A stretch of 62,563 bases of DNA, filler included, from Globobulimina sp. (lineage: Eukaryota), in assembly GCA_003354225.1 (NCBI GenBank). It is 38 parts of 38 records of this genome, joined end to end, with 100 filler letters (N's around TTAATTAATTAA, not from the genome) between each part and the next. Parts side by side here need not be neighbours in the genome. Positions count along the whole stretch, not along the records: positions 1 to 1,551 come from PIVH01014939.1; positions 1,652 to 3,201 come from PIVH01014940.1; positions 3,302 to 4,851 come from PIVH01014941.1; positions 4,952 to 6,501 come from PIVH01014942.1; positions 6,602 to 8,151 come from PIVH01014943.1; positions 8,252 to 9,801 come from PIVH01014944.1; positions 9,902 to 11,451 come from PIVH01014945.1; positions 11,552 to 13,101 come from PIVH01014946.1; 30 more parts are not named here. One strand, given 5' to 3'. A model generated the notes under the pieces. It worked only from the letters and a program-made list of their open reading frames with translations. It had not been told where the DNA came from and made no database searches. Shown piece after piece: positions 1 to 12,054 of this stretch. Numbering within the stretch: the stretch's first letter is position 1; the number at the start of each line of letters is the position of its first letter. A program made the translations under genes and the position numbers.

Positions 1-183
1 TGTTCGATAGGATTGTGACTATTGTTGAAAAGCGTTTTTGAACTGAAAAAAAAATCAGTACTTATCGGAAAGCCCTACTGTACTGACTACAAAAACGAAA
101 TTTAAATGCAAAAATGAATAGTTTAATCATTACAGTAACGTACAAATAGTGAAATATATACTGCTTGTTAATAATACATGAGT

Positions 184-896
184 TTAATAAACAAAATTGC
201 AACATTGTAAAGCATGCCAATCTTTGCGGCCACAGTCGGCCTTTCGAGCGCTGCCACAGTGTCCAGCAGCTACTGTTCCCTCCGGACAATAGGTCCATTC
301 GCCATCACCACCGGTTTGCCATGAACATCGAGTAAAATCAATATTAAAATAGGATTTATCAGCACATAATATGCCATGATACCCTTTACACACTCCCTTA
401 CAATCCTCATCCTTGCCACTCCCACAGACACCCACCAATACAGAACCTTCCGCGTCAAAACATGATAAATGTGTACCATCAGCACCGCATAGCCAGCCTG
501 ATGTGTTAAATATTGCTGACCCATTATTTGGTTCAAGTCCTGGATAATTACAATTTACTGCCTCATATCCTTCTTTTTTATCCGGACACAATGATGAATA
601 GCAATCTGCACCCGATCCTGAACCACATTCACCAAATACAACACCCGTACCGGCACACCATAAAAACTCACCATATCCGCCACATTTCACTGTTGTCTGA
701 ACGTATATAAATATATGATATATATTCAATTTTAATTTCAATCCACAACTATACCTACATTTTGCGGCACGCATTGTTTGGTGTTTGGATTACAAATTCC
801 GTTGCTTTCGCAGATTTTGGATGACGTTGTACACGCTTGTGACCTAATACTTGTTATAAATGAAATGAATACTAAGAATACTGCAAAGCGCGCCAT
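184..896 (-). CDS. Secreted Cys-rich three-repeat protein, 216 aa; intron 697-758
   Basis: ATG at 896 gives a signal-peptide-like MARFAVFLVFISFITSIRSQ; a 62-nt GT-AG intron joins in frame to the 184-696 exon; three G-x-CGS-x4-DC repeats. Confidence 0.75.
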
Positions 897-1032
897 TGTT
901 ATCGAAAACTCAACAAGTTTTAGCTATTTGTTTGTTGCCTATCATGTCCACAAATGCATCCCGATCTGGTGTGTACTTTCTCTATGACATTACAACTATA
1001 TATCATACAATATACCTATAGCTACATTCACA

Positions 1033-1551
1033 ATGGTTTTTTTGGATTTTGATGATACTTTAATTCCCTCACGAATATATCGTTTATTTGCTAACAATTT
1101 ATCCATTGATATATTTGATTTATTCTCTAAATGCAAAATGATGAAATTACAGCATATAATAATTAAAACTGTGGAATATATTCGTCATACATATAAAAAT
1201 AACGGTGAATCGGTTGAATTTTGTATAGTTTCTAATGCCTCGCAAACATGGCTGGATTATATGTTTAAAAGCATTCCTATTTTACATCACTATTTGCAAC
1301 AAAATGAAATTTCTGTCATATCTGCTTCAGTAAAAGCACAAAATACAGAAAATAAATGGATCTGGAAATATACTGCATTTGCTGCAATAATATCTTCACT
1401 GCAAAAAGAAAACCATCAAATATGTAAACACATTCTGTCGATTGGCGATGGTGTTGAGGAGGAAAAAGCATTAAAACAATATTCAAAAACACATAAAGTG
1501 CAATCTTTACATATTAAATTGATAAAATCACCAAATATATCTCAACTACAA
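1033..1551 (+). CDS. HAD-superfamily hydrolase (3' partial)
   Basis: Motif I FLDFDDTL, motif II VSNA, motif III K, motif IV SIGDG. Confidence 0.75.
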
Positions 1552-1651
1552 NNNNNNNNNNNNNNNNNNNNNNNNNNNNNNNNNNNNNNNNNNNNTTAAT
1601 TAATTAANNNNNNNNNNNNNNNNNNNNNNNNNNNNNNNNNNNNNNNNNNNN
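1552..1651. other. Artificial contig spacer (first of 37)
   Basis: 44 N + TTAATTAATTAA (stops in all six frames) + 44 N, recurring every ~1650 nt; contigs sorted by length. Confidence 0.99.
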
Positions 1652-1654
1652 ATT

Positions 1655-3157
1655 TTAAAAATCAATAACATGCGCATAGCCATCTTTAGTACGAAACTGA
1701 ATCTTGTCTCCATTGACAGCCAATATCGGCGCGACCACACTAATTTTTATCACAAAATATCTCGATATTATTTTCCCACTTTGTGAAATAACCGGAATAA
1801 ATTTCAAATCAAAATTCTGTAATAAATGAGGTATTTGCGGTGTAAATCCGCCTAAAATATCTCCCTCAATATATACCTTCAATTTATATCTCGTTTTGCT
1901 GTGCAATTTAATACCAACGATCACATGATCTCGTACTGACGCTATGGAACCCGCATCATTATTTTTTTTATATTTATTTTTCGAAAACGTAAATGAATTG
2001 GATTTATAATGTGCGCTCCCACTGTTACTCCCGCTGCCACTCCCATTCATATCATACACGTCTTTGGAGGTGATGCCAATGTAAATAGTTCCACCATTAT
2101 TATTAAACAATCGATTTATTTTTTCTTCCAATTCGTCACACATCGTTTCAACATCGCTCGTCATTGAAAAAAATATATTTTCGCCAACTTTATCATTGCT
2201 ATTTTCCTCCAAAAACAATTTCTTTGTCATACATTTTTTCACGCCGTCTTGCTTTATTTCATCCATATTCTTCCCTTCCCAGTGCAACAAACACGCATCG
2301 CGCACATAATACTGACTCATCGATGGGCAAAATGGTGTGATTAACTTCTTATTTTTATCATGTTTCCATTTATGCAATGAATCTGAACTCGATTTGTTTC
2401 GTCTGGCAAACTTTGGAATTTTTAGCCTCTTTTTCTCCTTATTTTTCGGACTTTTATTTTTATCATTTTTTCTTTTTTTCTTTTTTTTATTATTTTTTGT
2501 ATTTGATTGGTTGACTACATTTGAATTCATTCGAGAGGGAAGATTTAATTTAATGTCAGTCTCATTGTCATCCGGATCCATTTTAATTATATGCTCCAAT
2601 GGCATATGTTTATAATGCTTTCCTTTCGGACTAAAACAATATAGATTACAATCATCGTTTTGCACCATATTCAACACTTTAACATTACTCGCGATTTTTT
2701 GATTGGTTCTATTTCGAGAAAGTCCACGCGACAATGACCTAAATAATGATCGAGATGGTTGCAATGTTAATGACAAATTGTCAGTGTTATGTTTTTTACG
2801 TATACGTTTTTGATTGGTTGCTAAAACCACATTTGTTTCTGATTTAGTTTGTTTATAATGACGTTTTTGATTGGTTGCTTTATTCGGTGGCAATGGCACA
2901 GGTATACTCGGTCGGGGACCGTATTTATTTTTATACCTCGATTTCCGACTAGTCCTTCGAGCTTTATATCCATTGTCATTTTCAGTTTCAAACTCAGGCT
3001 CTGTATCATCTCCGTCATTAAATACAGGCTTCACACGCTTTGCATGCGATTTCTTAGATTTTCTGCGTGTTTTTGGCTGCGGACTTTCGGAGATTATATT
3101 ATAGGCTATGTCTATAATATTATTATCAGATTTGTTGTCATCATCACACTCAGACAC
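1655..3157 (-). CDS. Basic low-complexity protein with C-terminal Schlafen/AlbA_2-like domain
   Basis: LFNNNGGTIYIGI...IVGIKL...FTPQIP...FIPV...VIKISV follows the AlbA_2 pattern. Confidence 0.6.
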   Translation of the reverse strand: MSECDDDNKSDNNIIDIAYNIISESPQPKTRRKSKKSHAKRVKPVFNDGDDTEPEFETENDNGYKARRTSRKSRYKNKYGPRPSIPVPLPPNKATNQKRHYKQTKSETNVVLATNQKRIRKKHNTDNLSLTLQPSRSLFRSLSRGLSRNRTNQKIASNVKVLNMVQNDDCNLYCFSPKGKHYKHMPLEHIIKMDPDDNETDIKLNLPSRMNSNVVNQSNTKNNKKKKKRKNDKNKSPKNKEKKRLKIPKFARRNKSSSDSLHKWKHDKNKKLITPFCPSMSQYYVRDACLLHWEGKNMDEIKQDGVKKCMTKKLFLEENSNDKVGENIFFSMTSDVETMCDELEEKINRLFNNNGGTIYIGITSKDVYDMNGSGSGSNSGSAHYKSNSFTFSKNKYKKNNDAGSIASVRDHVIVGIKLHSKTRYKLKVYIEGDILGGFTPQIPHLLQNFDLKFIPVISQSGKIISRYFVIKISVVAPILAVNGDKIQFRTKDGYAHVIDF

Positions 3158-3301
3158 ATTGCATATGGGCGAATGGATATTGTTAGTAACGTCAAATTTG
3201 ANNNNNNNNNNNNNNNNNNNNNNNNNNNNNNNNNNNNNNNNNNNNTTAATTAATTAANNNNNNNNNNNNNNNNNNNNNNNNNNNNNNNNNNNNNNNNNNN
3301 N

Positions 3302-4107
3302 CTGCCATAGTTCTTACTAAATTGATATTTTATGGATCTGGGATTAATGAGCCAAATATCACATTTATCCAAATCAAATACAAAGAAGTCACTGTCACCC
3401 GTCACTATGGCAAATATGTCTGAGCTATGATCATTGACATAGCCAGCAATTTGTTGATCGGCCTCAGATTTGGTATGCCAGACAAACACATTCTTATTAT
3501 CGTCAAATGAGGCAAATAATGCAACAATCCATCGGGTAATGCCACTAAATAAAGAAGAATTTATTTTGTTGCACCAATTCAAAGCATATGACCCTTTTTC
3601 TTCATTTTCCTTCCTTTCATCGCTATAAACGTCATATCGCGATTGGATAAGATTTTTATCGAAATGCTCATGGAATTCGGTTAAATGGATGTTTAATTCT
3701 TCCATTTCTCGATAACGCTCAGCATTTCGGCTGAGAGATTCACTTTTTTTGTTAGATTGTATCCACGCTTTATATCCATCGAAAACAAAAATTAATTTGA
3801 ACCCACATTGTAGCCATGTTTGAATATAGTCGTTGATTCTTCTCTTAATTCTAAAGAAATCCATAAATGGAAATTTTTGAGGATTGAAAAATGTCTGGCA
3901 AACTGCAAATGCATCGAAGATTATCCAATCTTTTGTTCTTTTAATGGAGTTGTACTGAGTCTGCGGTTTGAAATCATTTTTTCTCTCTGCTTTGGTGGTA
4001 ATGATGATTTTACTCGTCACTGTTTTGTTGTTTTCATGACATTCAAACTGCGTACTCAATTTATCTCTGTTTCTCCAAACGGTACTGGCGAGTCCTGGTA
4101 TTCCCAT
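3302..4107 (-). CDS. XPG/asteroid-like PIN-domain nuclease (3' partial)
   Basis: MGIPGL start at 4107, IIFDA, FVFDG, EADQQIA, IVTGDSDFFVF. Confidence 0.85.
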
Positions 4108-4170
4108 CAGAACGGACTCAAAATTTGAAAAGTTTTTATTCAAATCCAAAAAAAAAACAAAGGCAATAAT

Positions 4171-4851
4171 ATGGGTAATGACGCCTCCAACGATAATGCA
4201 GATGCGACAGAACTAAAAATTGATTTAGAAACATTACTGGATTTATATGGTGCTATGCAAAAAATCAAAATGTTATGTGATATATAAATATAAAATAACT
4301 AAATATTAATAGTTCTTGCACAAATTGACAGGGAAGAAGCTGCAGCCTCGGCAACGAGCAATAAGATTAATATGAAAAAGGATTTTAAGATTTTTGTAGG
4401 AATTGATTTTGGCACTAATGGCTGTGGCATAGCCTATGCAATTAAGAATAATTTAGTACCAAAAAACAATTCAAATGATGATGATGATTCGTCCGATGAT
4501 GATGAAGAAGATGGCAAAGATGATAAGAAAGATGGCAAAGATGGCAAGAAAGATGGCAAAGATGACAAGAAAGATAATAATGAAGATGAAGGAGAAGAAT
4601 CTGATGGATATACGATTATAGCTCACCAATGGAGCGATTTAGCATTTGATAATTCAAAATTAAATACCTGCGTCTTATTGAATGATAAGAATGAATTAGA
4701 ATATGTTGGCAATTACGCACGTGTTCAATTCACGGAAACGCAGAACAAGGATAAGAAGAAAAATTGGAAATTATTTGATAATTTTAAGGTATGCACGTGT
4801 TTGTATATGAACACTGGTGTGTCTGTATATGGTATCAACAGAATTTGTGTT
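4171..4851 (+). CDS. Hsp70-12-like atypical Hsp70 (partial); intron 4250-4312, second intron from 4789
   Basis: IFVGIDFGTNGCGIAY phosphate loop and LFDNFK; exon 1 MGNDAS splices in frame. Confidence 0.75.
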
Positions 4852-4951
4852 NNNNNNNNNNNNNNNNNNNNNNNNNNNNNNNNNNNNNNNNNNNNTTAAT
4901 TAATTAANNNNNNNNNNNNNNNNNNNNNNNNNNNNNNNNNNNNNNNNNNNN

Positions 4952-5864
4952 CCAAATAAAAAAGTATTGCCGAAACATTCCAAATGCCCAACTTTCAGAT
5001 AGCAAACGAATGGAACTATTTATTTCTATCTTTTTACTGATATTTGATGGAAAAATAACCTTCGCGCGCACGAAAGCGCAGCCTTTGATGCCTTATCAAA
5101 CTCTGATTCAACCAAACGAATTCAGACAGAAATGCAAAGAGCTGATCTTATTTTACGATTTGACCTGGAATCAAAACGAAATCTCTCCGTCGAAAATCCA
5201 TAGGAAATATCAAAAGGACAAATGTCGATCGAATAAAATATTCAAATCATTTATTGAGTGTTTAAAATCCATTGAATTGATATTGTTGTCGCCACAAACC
5301 GCGCATAAATATGCCTTTTTCAGTGCGCATACTGAGAATAACACGAATTTATTGCCCGGCACCGGTTTACATTGTGACGCGAAAACGAATTTGAATGCGA
5401 ATCACTTTGTTAACTCGCGTATTTCGGTCAGAAATGAACCAAAAAACACGGCGAACAGATCACCGGTTTCGATGGAAGCAGAAGTGGCAAACGATGGCAT
5501 GTCTAATAATTCGGTGGCAAATCTGAATGATGTGATGTCGCCGCAAAATAACGGATTGTCGCAGAACATGAATAATTTGATACAGTTTGTGTTATCGCAA
5601 GGTAGTAACAACGCAGTGGTCGGGAATAATAATGTCTGCGCTCCAAACAACCATTATGTTCCACACAACTCTCCTTTTGCACTGTCATTGGCTATGCCGC
5701 AGACACAGATAAATATGAATAACTTTCAAATTAACAATTTAAATTTAAATGGGAATCTAGTGATAAACAATCAAAATAATAACAATGGAGTTCGCGTCAG
5801 ATATCAATTGTTATCCATTCATCCCAACCTTCCACCAATCATTATTTCCCAAAATGTTGTGTAG
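4952..5864 (+). CDS. Hypothetical protein with Asn-rich C-terminus (start uncertain)
   Basis: Long ORF in AT-rich DNA followed by a T-rich 3' region; no motif recognised. Confidence 0.45.
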
Positions 5865-6373
5865 TTTTTCGAATTAAGCTGTTTGTTGTCGGTTTTCTTG
5901 CGCATACTGCTTTTCTTTGGATTGATATTAAATTTTCTATTGCTTTGTAATTATTGATTAATATGATCTCTTTCTTTTTTTTGTATTTCTTATTTTATGT
6001 ATTGTATATAGCCTAATTGCAAGGCTCTGTATTAATAGTCCCGAATTTGTGCTATATTCATCTTTTTTGTTTAAGTAATTTTACTTTTTTTTTCATAATC
6101 TTTACTTACGCATTGTATATTTTTTTGTTTTTGTTTTAAAACTTATTATTTTTTTTGTGATGTAGTTTTTCTGGTTTTTCCATTGTTTGTGTAAAAGGTT
6201 TGAATGCCATTTAAGTTCCTCTCATTGGGAACATCTTTATTTTGTGCTCACATTTTAAATTTTCGATCGAAATTATTATATGAATTCTAACAAGGGACTG
6301 AAGGGACGTACTTCTGAGCGGTTACAAATGAAAACTTGCTTTTAAAATTTTATGGGAGCCATTTGACTTTTAA

Positions 6374-6498
6374 GGCTTAAACTTCTAAACCTAGGTCAAC
6401 TTCGAAACCTAGGTCAACTTCGAATACTAGGTTGAAAACCACTCTAGCTAACCCAAAAACCTTGCCAATCACAAAAGAAGTGTTTAGAAGTTTAAGCC
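6374..6498. mobile_element. PIF/Harbinger (Tourist-like) MITE, 125 bp
   Basis: Perfect 17-bp TIR GGCTTAAACTTCTAAAC (6374-6390/6482-6498); TAA on both flanks as target-site duplication; internal AAACCTAGGTCAACTTCG repeats. Confidence 0.8.
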
Positions 6499-7353
6499 TA
6501 ANNNNNNNNNNNNNNNNNNNNNNNNNNNNNNNNNNNNNNNNNNNNTTAATTAATTAANNNNNNNNNNNNNNNNNNNNNNNNNNNNNNNNNNNNNNNNNNN
6601 NATTATATACAAAAATTGCCACAAATTATAAATTAACAAGCAATAGAACTGCTGATATGTTTAATGCGCGAGGATTTGATATTATATATGATACTGTTCG
6701 ACTTATGTGATTTATTTTGTATATTCAATTAATTTTATATGCTTTATCGTAAAAATCTATTTTCTAACGGGAAAACTGATTTTTTTCTGCTTAAAAACAG
6801 ATTTTCCCGATAAAGCAAAAATGCCTATTGACTTATACATTTTAGTATTCTTGACTTATAGCTTAATGTTTTGAATAACATTCTTAATGTTTTCAAATGA
6901 TCGAAGATAACATTTTTTTAGAGTAAAACCTGCTAAAAGAAGTGCAGCATGACATATTTGTATCATTCAGACCATTCATGAATTCAGTATCATGCAAATT
7001 GTAAGAAATTGTGCATCCTGAACTGACCTGAAGAATATTCATTGTTTCTACCAATTGAGTCATGGGTATTTCGTAATAATTATCATCTTGTTGACAGAAT
7101 CCATGATGAAGGAGGAATACAATCAACGTACTACATGATAATATGCCAAAATAACTCGTGCGTTATTCGATCCAAACATATAAATATCTTTTAAATTATA
7201 TCAATATATTTTTTTGGTCTTAAAGTTGCAGCTGAGCTTTGCGGATAACCTGACATTAATTACGCATTATCGCAATTGTAACATTCAAATTGAAAACTTA
7301 TTTTTGTGTATCTCCGCCAAATATTCTTACTCTGACATCACCTGAAAACAAAC

Positions 7354-8151
7354 ATGCAAAATCAAGGTTATTCAGAACAACAACGTCAACAAATGTGGAT
7401 GCAACAGCAACAGCAACAGCCACAGCAACAACAAATGCATCAACACCAAATGCATCAACACCAACAGCCACACCAACAGCCACACCAACAGCCACAGCAA
7501 CAAATGTATCAACAACAGCCACAGATGTATCAACAGCAACAGCCACAAATGGTTTCTTCAATGTATCCACCACAAACAACGATGTATGAAACACAACAAC
7601 ACGCAGTACCTGTACCAGTACCAGTGGCCCAACCAAATTATCAGCAATATTTTACACAAGAAAACAAAGATGAAATTGATACCAAAGCAACACTTGATTA
7701 TTCATGGCGAGATGTATGTTGGGCTATTTTATTTTATATTTCTGTCATTGCAAACTGCGCCGCTGCATATACGTTCGTTAGCTCTCATAAAGATGACATA
7801 TTTGACCAATGCCGTGGTGGTGTATGTGACAACAGCAGAAATCATCCAATAATTACAGCCTTAGTTGGTGTCATTACTGGTGCAGTATTCACGTCATTTT
7901 GGTTGTCCATTATGGCCTGTTGTAGTTCAACCATTATTCAATTATCATTGTTATCTGCGCCTATAATCTTTGGATTCGCTGCAGTTGGAAGTTTAGTGCA
8001 GGTGGCTGCCGACCCGGATGGAGGTGCTCTTATTAGCTTTGGTGTTTCCGCTGTCTCTGCGTTAATATCATTATGGTATGCGTACGTTGTATGGCGAAGG
8101 ATACCATTTGCTACCGTTTGTTTAGAGATTGCGGTATCTACGTTTAAAAAA
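7354..8151 (+). CDS. Choline transporter-like (CTL/PNS1) membrane protein with Gln-rich N-terminus (3' partial)
   Basis: WRDVCWAILF and WRRIPFATVCLEIA motifs, several TM segments. Confidence 0.8.
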
Positions 8152-8251
8152 NNNNNNNNNNNNNNNNNNNNNNNNNNNNNNNNNNNNNNNNNNNNTTAAT
8201 TAATTAANNNNNNNNNNNNNNNNNNNNNNNNNNNNNNNNNNNNNNNNNNNN

Positions 8252-8548
8252 AAAATAAATAGCGATGCTGAAGCACCATACAGTTGCGATGATAGATGAA
8301 ACGTGAGACACTTTGTACCAATATTTATTTTTTGATAAAATGCCGGTTGCAGCCAAAGTCAGTGATATTGCACTGCAAATTGAAAATAAGAAGCATAAGA
8401 TCACCACGCAAATATCTTCTTTGTCGGCGCGAGCATTCCATGCAAATAATATCGTGCAAACAAACATTAATAATTCAAACAGCCAAAATACTGTAACTCC
8501 GAAGAACAGCGATAAACTGTGAGCATTTTTTAACATATTAGGTTGCAT
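8252..8548 (-). CDS. Small multi-pass membrane protein (3' partial)
   Basis: Three hydrophobic segments. Confidence 0.5.
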
Positions 8549-8662
8549 TAATTATTATTAAAGCAAATATCCAACATGCGGAACTGCGAGAACTGTGTAG
8601 CTGCATTTGAGGTAAACTTTGTTACTAAAAACTCTACTTTAATACTATTAATATTGTACACA

Positions 8663-9664
8663 ATGTCAGTGATGGTTATGACTGCGGTGTCCTGCGTGAT
8701 AATAGCTACACTCGCAGCCGTATTGTTTATTGTCATGTTCATTCAACATTTTATAGTGACACAGAAACGTAAGTTGAACATGGTACTATATTATATTGCT
8801 ATGGCAGCCTTATTTTGTGCAACAATACGCTTTTCCATAACTGCCGCATTGTTATTCAGTGAAGGAGATGCATCATATGGCTTAAGCATCGCATTGGCGA
8901 TATTCAGATTACTTTTCATTATTTTAATTTACGCTTTTTATATAGCTCAGCTCCATTTTACATTCCGAGACTCAGCTTACAAAGTCGCCGCATGGATCAT
9001 CAACTTACACTTAATTAATTTGTCAATAAGTTTAATATTTTATGGGATAACATTTACGTTGTTTGAAATTGAAAAACATGTGGATATTGCTGAAGAAATA
9101 ACGTATTCAGTGGGCAGAATACTTTTTATTTTAGGAATTATACATTTGACATACATTTTTAACCACAGATTATTGCTATTAATCACCTCCGCTGTGGGCC
9201 CACATCATGGCAATCCCATTAACAATAGAATGCAGTTGAATATATTGGACGTGGTGATAAACAGAACAGTTTTAATTACCATATCTTATCCACAAATCTT
9301 GATCATGACATTTATATCATTGGCTGGCGGCAATTCAAAAACATATCTATTTACTGTTTGGTACTGCATTGTTATGTCATTGATCGTATCTACTTTCTTT
9401 TTGACGTTTAGAATGAATAAGAAAGCGTACAAACTGCTATGTAATATATGTCATGTTGGATGTAATAAATTATGTCGTCTGACCGCTACAAAGCTTATGT
9501 TACCAGCGCCTGTATCGAAGGACGAGGAGAGTGATGGCGGAGGAACTATTGCTACAACAACTATTGCTGAGCTATATATAAATAATGCAAAGAATGAGCA
9601 CACAACAACGGAGTTAGTGTCCATCACCAATGCTTCAGCTATTACTGCTACGCCCGACATCTGA
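8663..9664 (+). CDS. 7TM GPCR-like membrane protein
   Basis: About seven hydrophobic helices followed by a Cys-rich helix-8-like YKLLCNICHVGC segment. Confidence 0.65.
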   Translation: MSVMVMTAVSCVIIATLAAVLFIVMFIQHFIVTQKRKLNMVLYYIAMAALFCATIRFSITAALLFSEGDASYGLSIALAIFRLLFIILIYAFYIAQLHFTFRDSAYKVAAWIINLHLINLSISLIFYGITFTLFEIEKHVDIAEEITYSVGRILFILGIIHLTYIFNHRLLLLITSAVGPHHGNPINNRMQLNILDVVINRTVLITISYPQILIMTFISLAGGNSKTYLFTVWYCIVMSLIVSTFFLTFRMNKKAYKLLCNICHVGCNKLCRLTATKLMLPAPVSKDEESDGGGTIATTTIAELYINNAKNEHTTTELVSITNASAITATPDI

Positions 9665-9901
9665 TGAAAAAATGTATTGCGCAATATTTCTACTTGCAAA
9701 TGTATTATTGTGCCATAATAATTTTTAAAATTTCAGTACGTGTTTCATGTACATTGTACACGAATATTTCTCTTACGCGTTTCCAACAAACGTGCGAGAT
9801 CNNNNNNNNNNNNNNNNNNNNNNNNNNNNNNNNNNNNNNNNNNNNTTAATTAATTAANNNNNNNNNNNNNNNNNNNNNNNNNNNNNNNNNNNNNNNNNNN
9901 N

Positions 9902-10321
9902 TACTTTCTTCTTCTTTTTGGTTACTTTTTTCTTTTTTTTTACAACTTTCTTTTTCTTTTTTTTGGTGGTTTTCTTCTTTTTTTTCACAACTTTCTTTTT
10001 CTTTTTCTTTGCTTTTTTTGGTTTATTTGCATCATTTCTTACTTTTCTGCCGTTGTCGGTCATTTTCCATCTTTGAGTGGATGAGCCCTGTTCCAATACA
10101 CCAGCGGCAACACCACCGTTTAAGGCCCGTCTTAGTGCGGAATTAAAATGAGCGCCACCTTCCATTTTATAGGTGGCTTTGATAAAACTGGCAATTGCTT
10201 GTCTCGAGGCGCCTTTTCCCCACGTTCTTGTCGAGGCGATGGCATTCAAAACCATAAATTTATAGGTTGGGTGAGCTGCGGCTGCTTTTTTCTTTGGCGA
10301 TGCTTTCTTTCTGGCGGACAT
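9902..10321 (-). CDS. H1: Linker histone H1/H5 (3' partial)
   Basis: HPTYKFMVLNAI...GASRQAIASFI...LRRAL globular domain plus Lys-rich tail. Confidence 0.9.
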
Positions 10322-10790
10322 AGTGAGTGATAGATTGATAGTGATGGAGAGAGAGTGAGTCAGTTGTTCAGATTTATCAATTGTAAGATTGTGATTTAAT
10401 TTAATTAGTGATGGACTGACCAATGATATGCGATATTAATAATATTCCAAACGAACCAAACTTATTTAATTTACATTGCTTGGTCCATTCAGTTTCACTC
10501 ATTTTATCGATAACAAATTGTGTTACGATCTTATTTTTTGCGCTGATTAGTTGCCAAATATGTGCATGTCCATGCTCGTAAACTCAGATTCTGTCAAATA
10601 CTTTTAATTTATTCACTATATTCGCCATCTTTGTCTTGCTAAACCAATAAAACCATTATCATAGTATTTTTCATAAATTTTGTTCTTGCTTTCGGAAATC
10701 GGGAAGACTAATATGCGGAATTTCAAAAACTACCTTGTCGAACTAGAAAACCGTTCTTTTCATCTTCATTTCATAAAAGCAAAAACTCTA

Positions 10791-11451
10791 ATGTTTAGAT
10801 CGTATTTACGTCGACAAAACCGATGTATTGTGGCGTTGAGCAGCAATGTCAATTGTTTTGTTGGTAATCGTGCTCAATTATTAACATTGCAATTATCATC
10901 ACAAATAAGTGGAAAATCAGTGACAACCAACAATTATTGTCATTTTTTTTTGAATGGCTATAATCGGACTTATCGGAGCTATTCAACAAAAACAGGGAGC
11001 AAAATGGCACGCGTGACAGAAAAAGTTACAATGAATTATCCGCGAAGAAAAGTATGGACGGTATTATCAGATTTTGGTAATTTGGAATGGCAACATGTAA
11101 GATATTAAGATAATAATTAATAGTACCATTTTACCATAATACCAGGCCATCTGATCCTAATTTGGTACTATTAATTGTTGTGATTTTGTTGTAGCAAACC
11201 ATTGATAGCGTGGACATGGAGGGTAATAAAGAAGGGATTGGAATGATTCGAGTGATAAACATCAAAGGAATATCTCATCCAATAAAGGAAAAATTAGTAA
11301 CAATGGACGATAACAATTTTAATTTCAGTATAGAAGTTAATCATTCTTGGATTTTACCGTTTGGTGATTATACGTGTGAGTGCCAAATAGAAAAAATTGA
11401 TGATAAAACATGCAACATTATGTGGACCGGCGAATTCGAAGTGTTAGGAAT
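10791..11451 (+). CDS. SRPBCC/polyketide-cyclase-like protein with possible mitochondrial transit peptide; intron 11097-11194
   Basis: VWTVLSDFG..W, GIGMIR, IKEKL, WTGEF; Arg/Ser-rich acid-free N-terminus; in-frame splice. Confidence 0.75.
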
Positions 11452-11649
11452 NNNNNNNNNNNNNNNNNNNNNNNNNNNNNNNNNNNNNNNNNNNNTTAAT
11501 TAATTAANNNNNNNNNNNNNNNNNNNNNNNNNNNNNNNNNNNNNNNNNNNNAAATTAAAAAAATCAATGATTTATATTCCAAAGCCATACATTATTTATC
11601 CAAATATGTTCACATTTTTGAGTTTCCGCCAAATGCGCAGAGTAAAGAA

Positions 11650-11910
11650 ATGCAAGAAATACCGGAACAATATAGATTTGAATATTTTCAAGCGCACTTT
11701 TTGATGTCGGCATTGTATGGCAAGTTAATGGCAGCAAACAAGAATGCAACAATCCAGAATTTAAAGAAATCGCTATCCGGATATGAACATGTCGTGAAAT
11801 TCTATTCTCAAAAAGGACCGATTGAGTCCTGTACAGTGCAAGTTGCGATTGCTAAAGAAATGTGTGATTTGTTGCCACTTAAAATATCTTCGATAAATGT
11901 AAATAAATAA
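11650..11910 (+). CDS. KIFBP: Kinesin-binding protein C-terminal exon (5' partial)
   Basis: AHF...LYGKL...NLKKSL..Y..VV...AKEMCDLLPLKI matches the KBP C-terminus. Confidence 0.65.
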   Translation: MQEIPEQYRFEYFQAHFLMSALYGKLMAANKNATIQNLKKSLSGYEHVVKFYSQKGPIESCTVQVAIAKEMCDLLPLKISSINVNK

Positions 11911-12054
11911 ATAATCCGAGTGCTGAGTGCAAGGATATTTACTAAAAAAAAACACCACAAATAGAAATCTAAAACAATACAAATGGGATATATCTGAGCT
12001 AAAACAATGCGATCGATCGAGAATAGATACATAAATATCAGAAAATGTGTCAAT

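Noticed and set aside
1552-1651. Regularly spaced TTAATTAATTAA palindromes
   Set aside because: Artificial six-frame-stop linkers inside N runs; ORFs ending in X or LIN are artefacts
6893-7126. 77-aa minus-strand ORF
   Set aside because: No ATG start or recognisable motif; unsupported
7290-7636. Thr/Ala- and Val-rich ORFs
   Set aside because: Alternate-frame shadows of the Gln-rich CAA/CAG repeat
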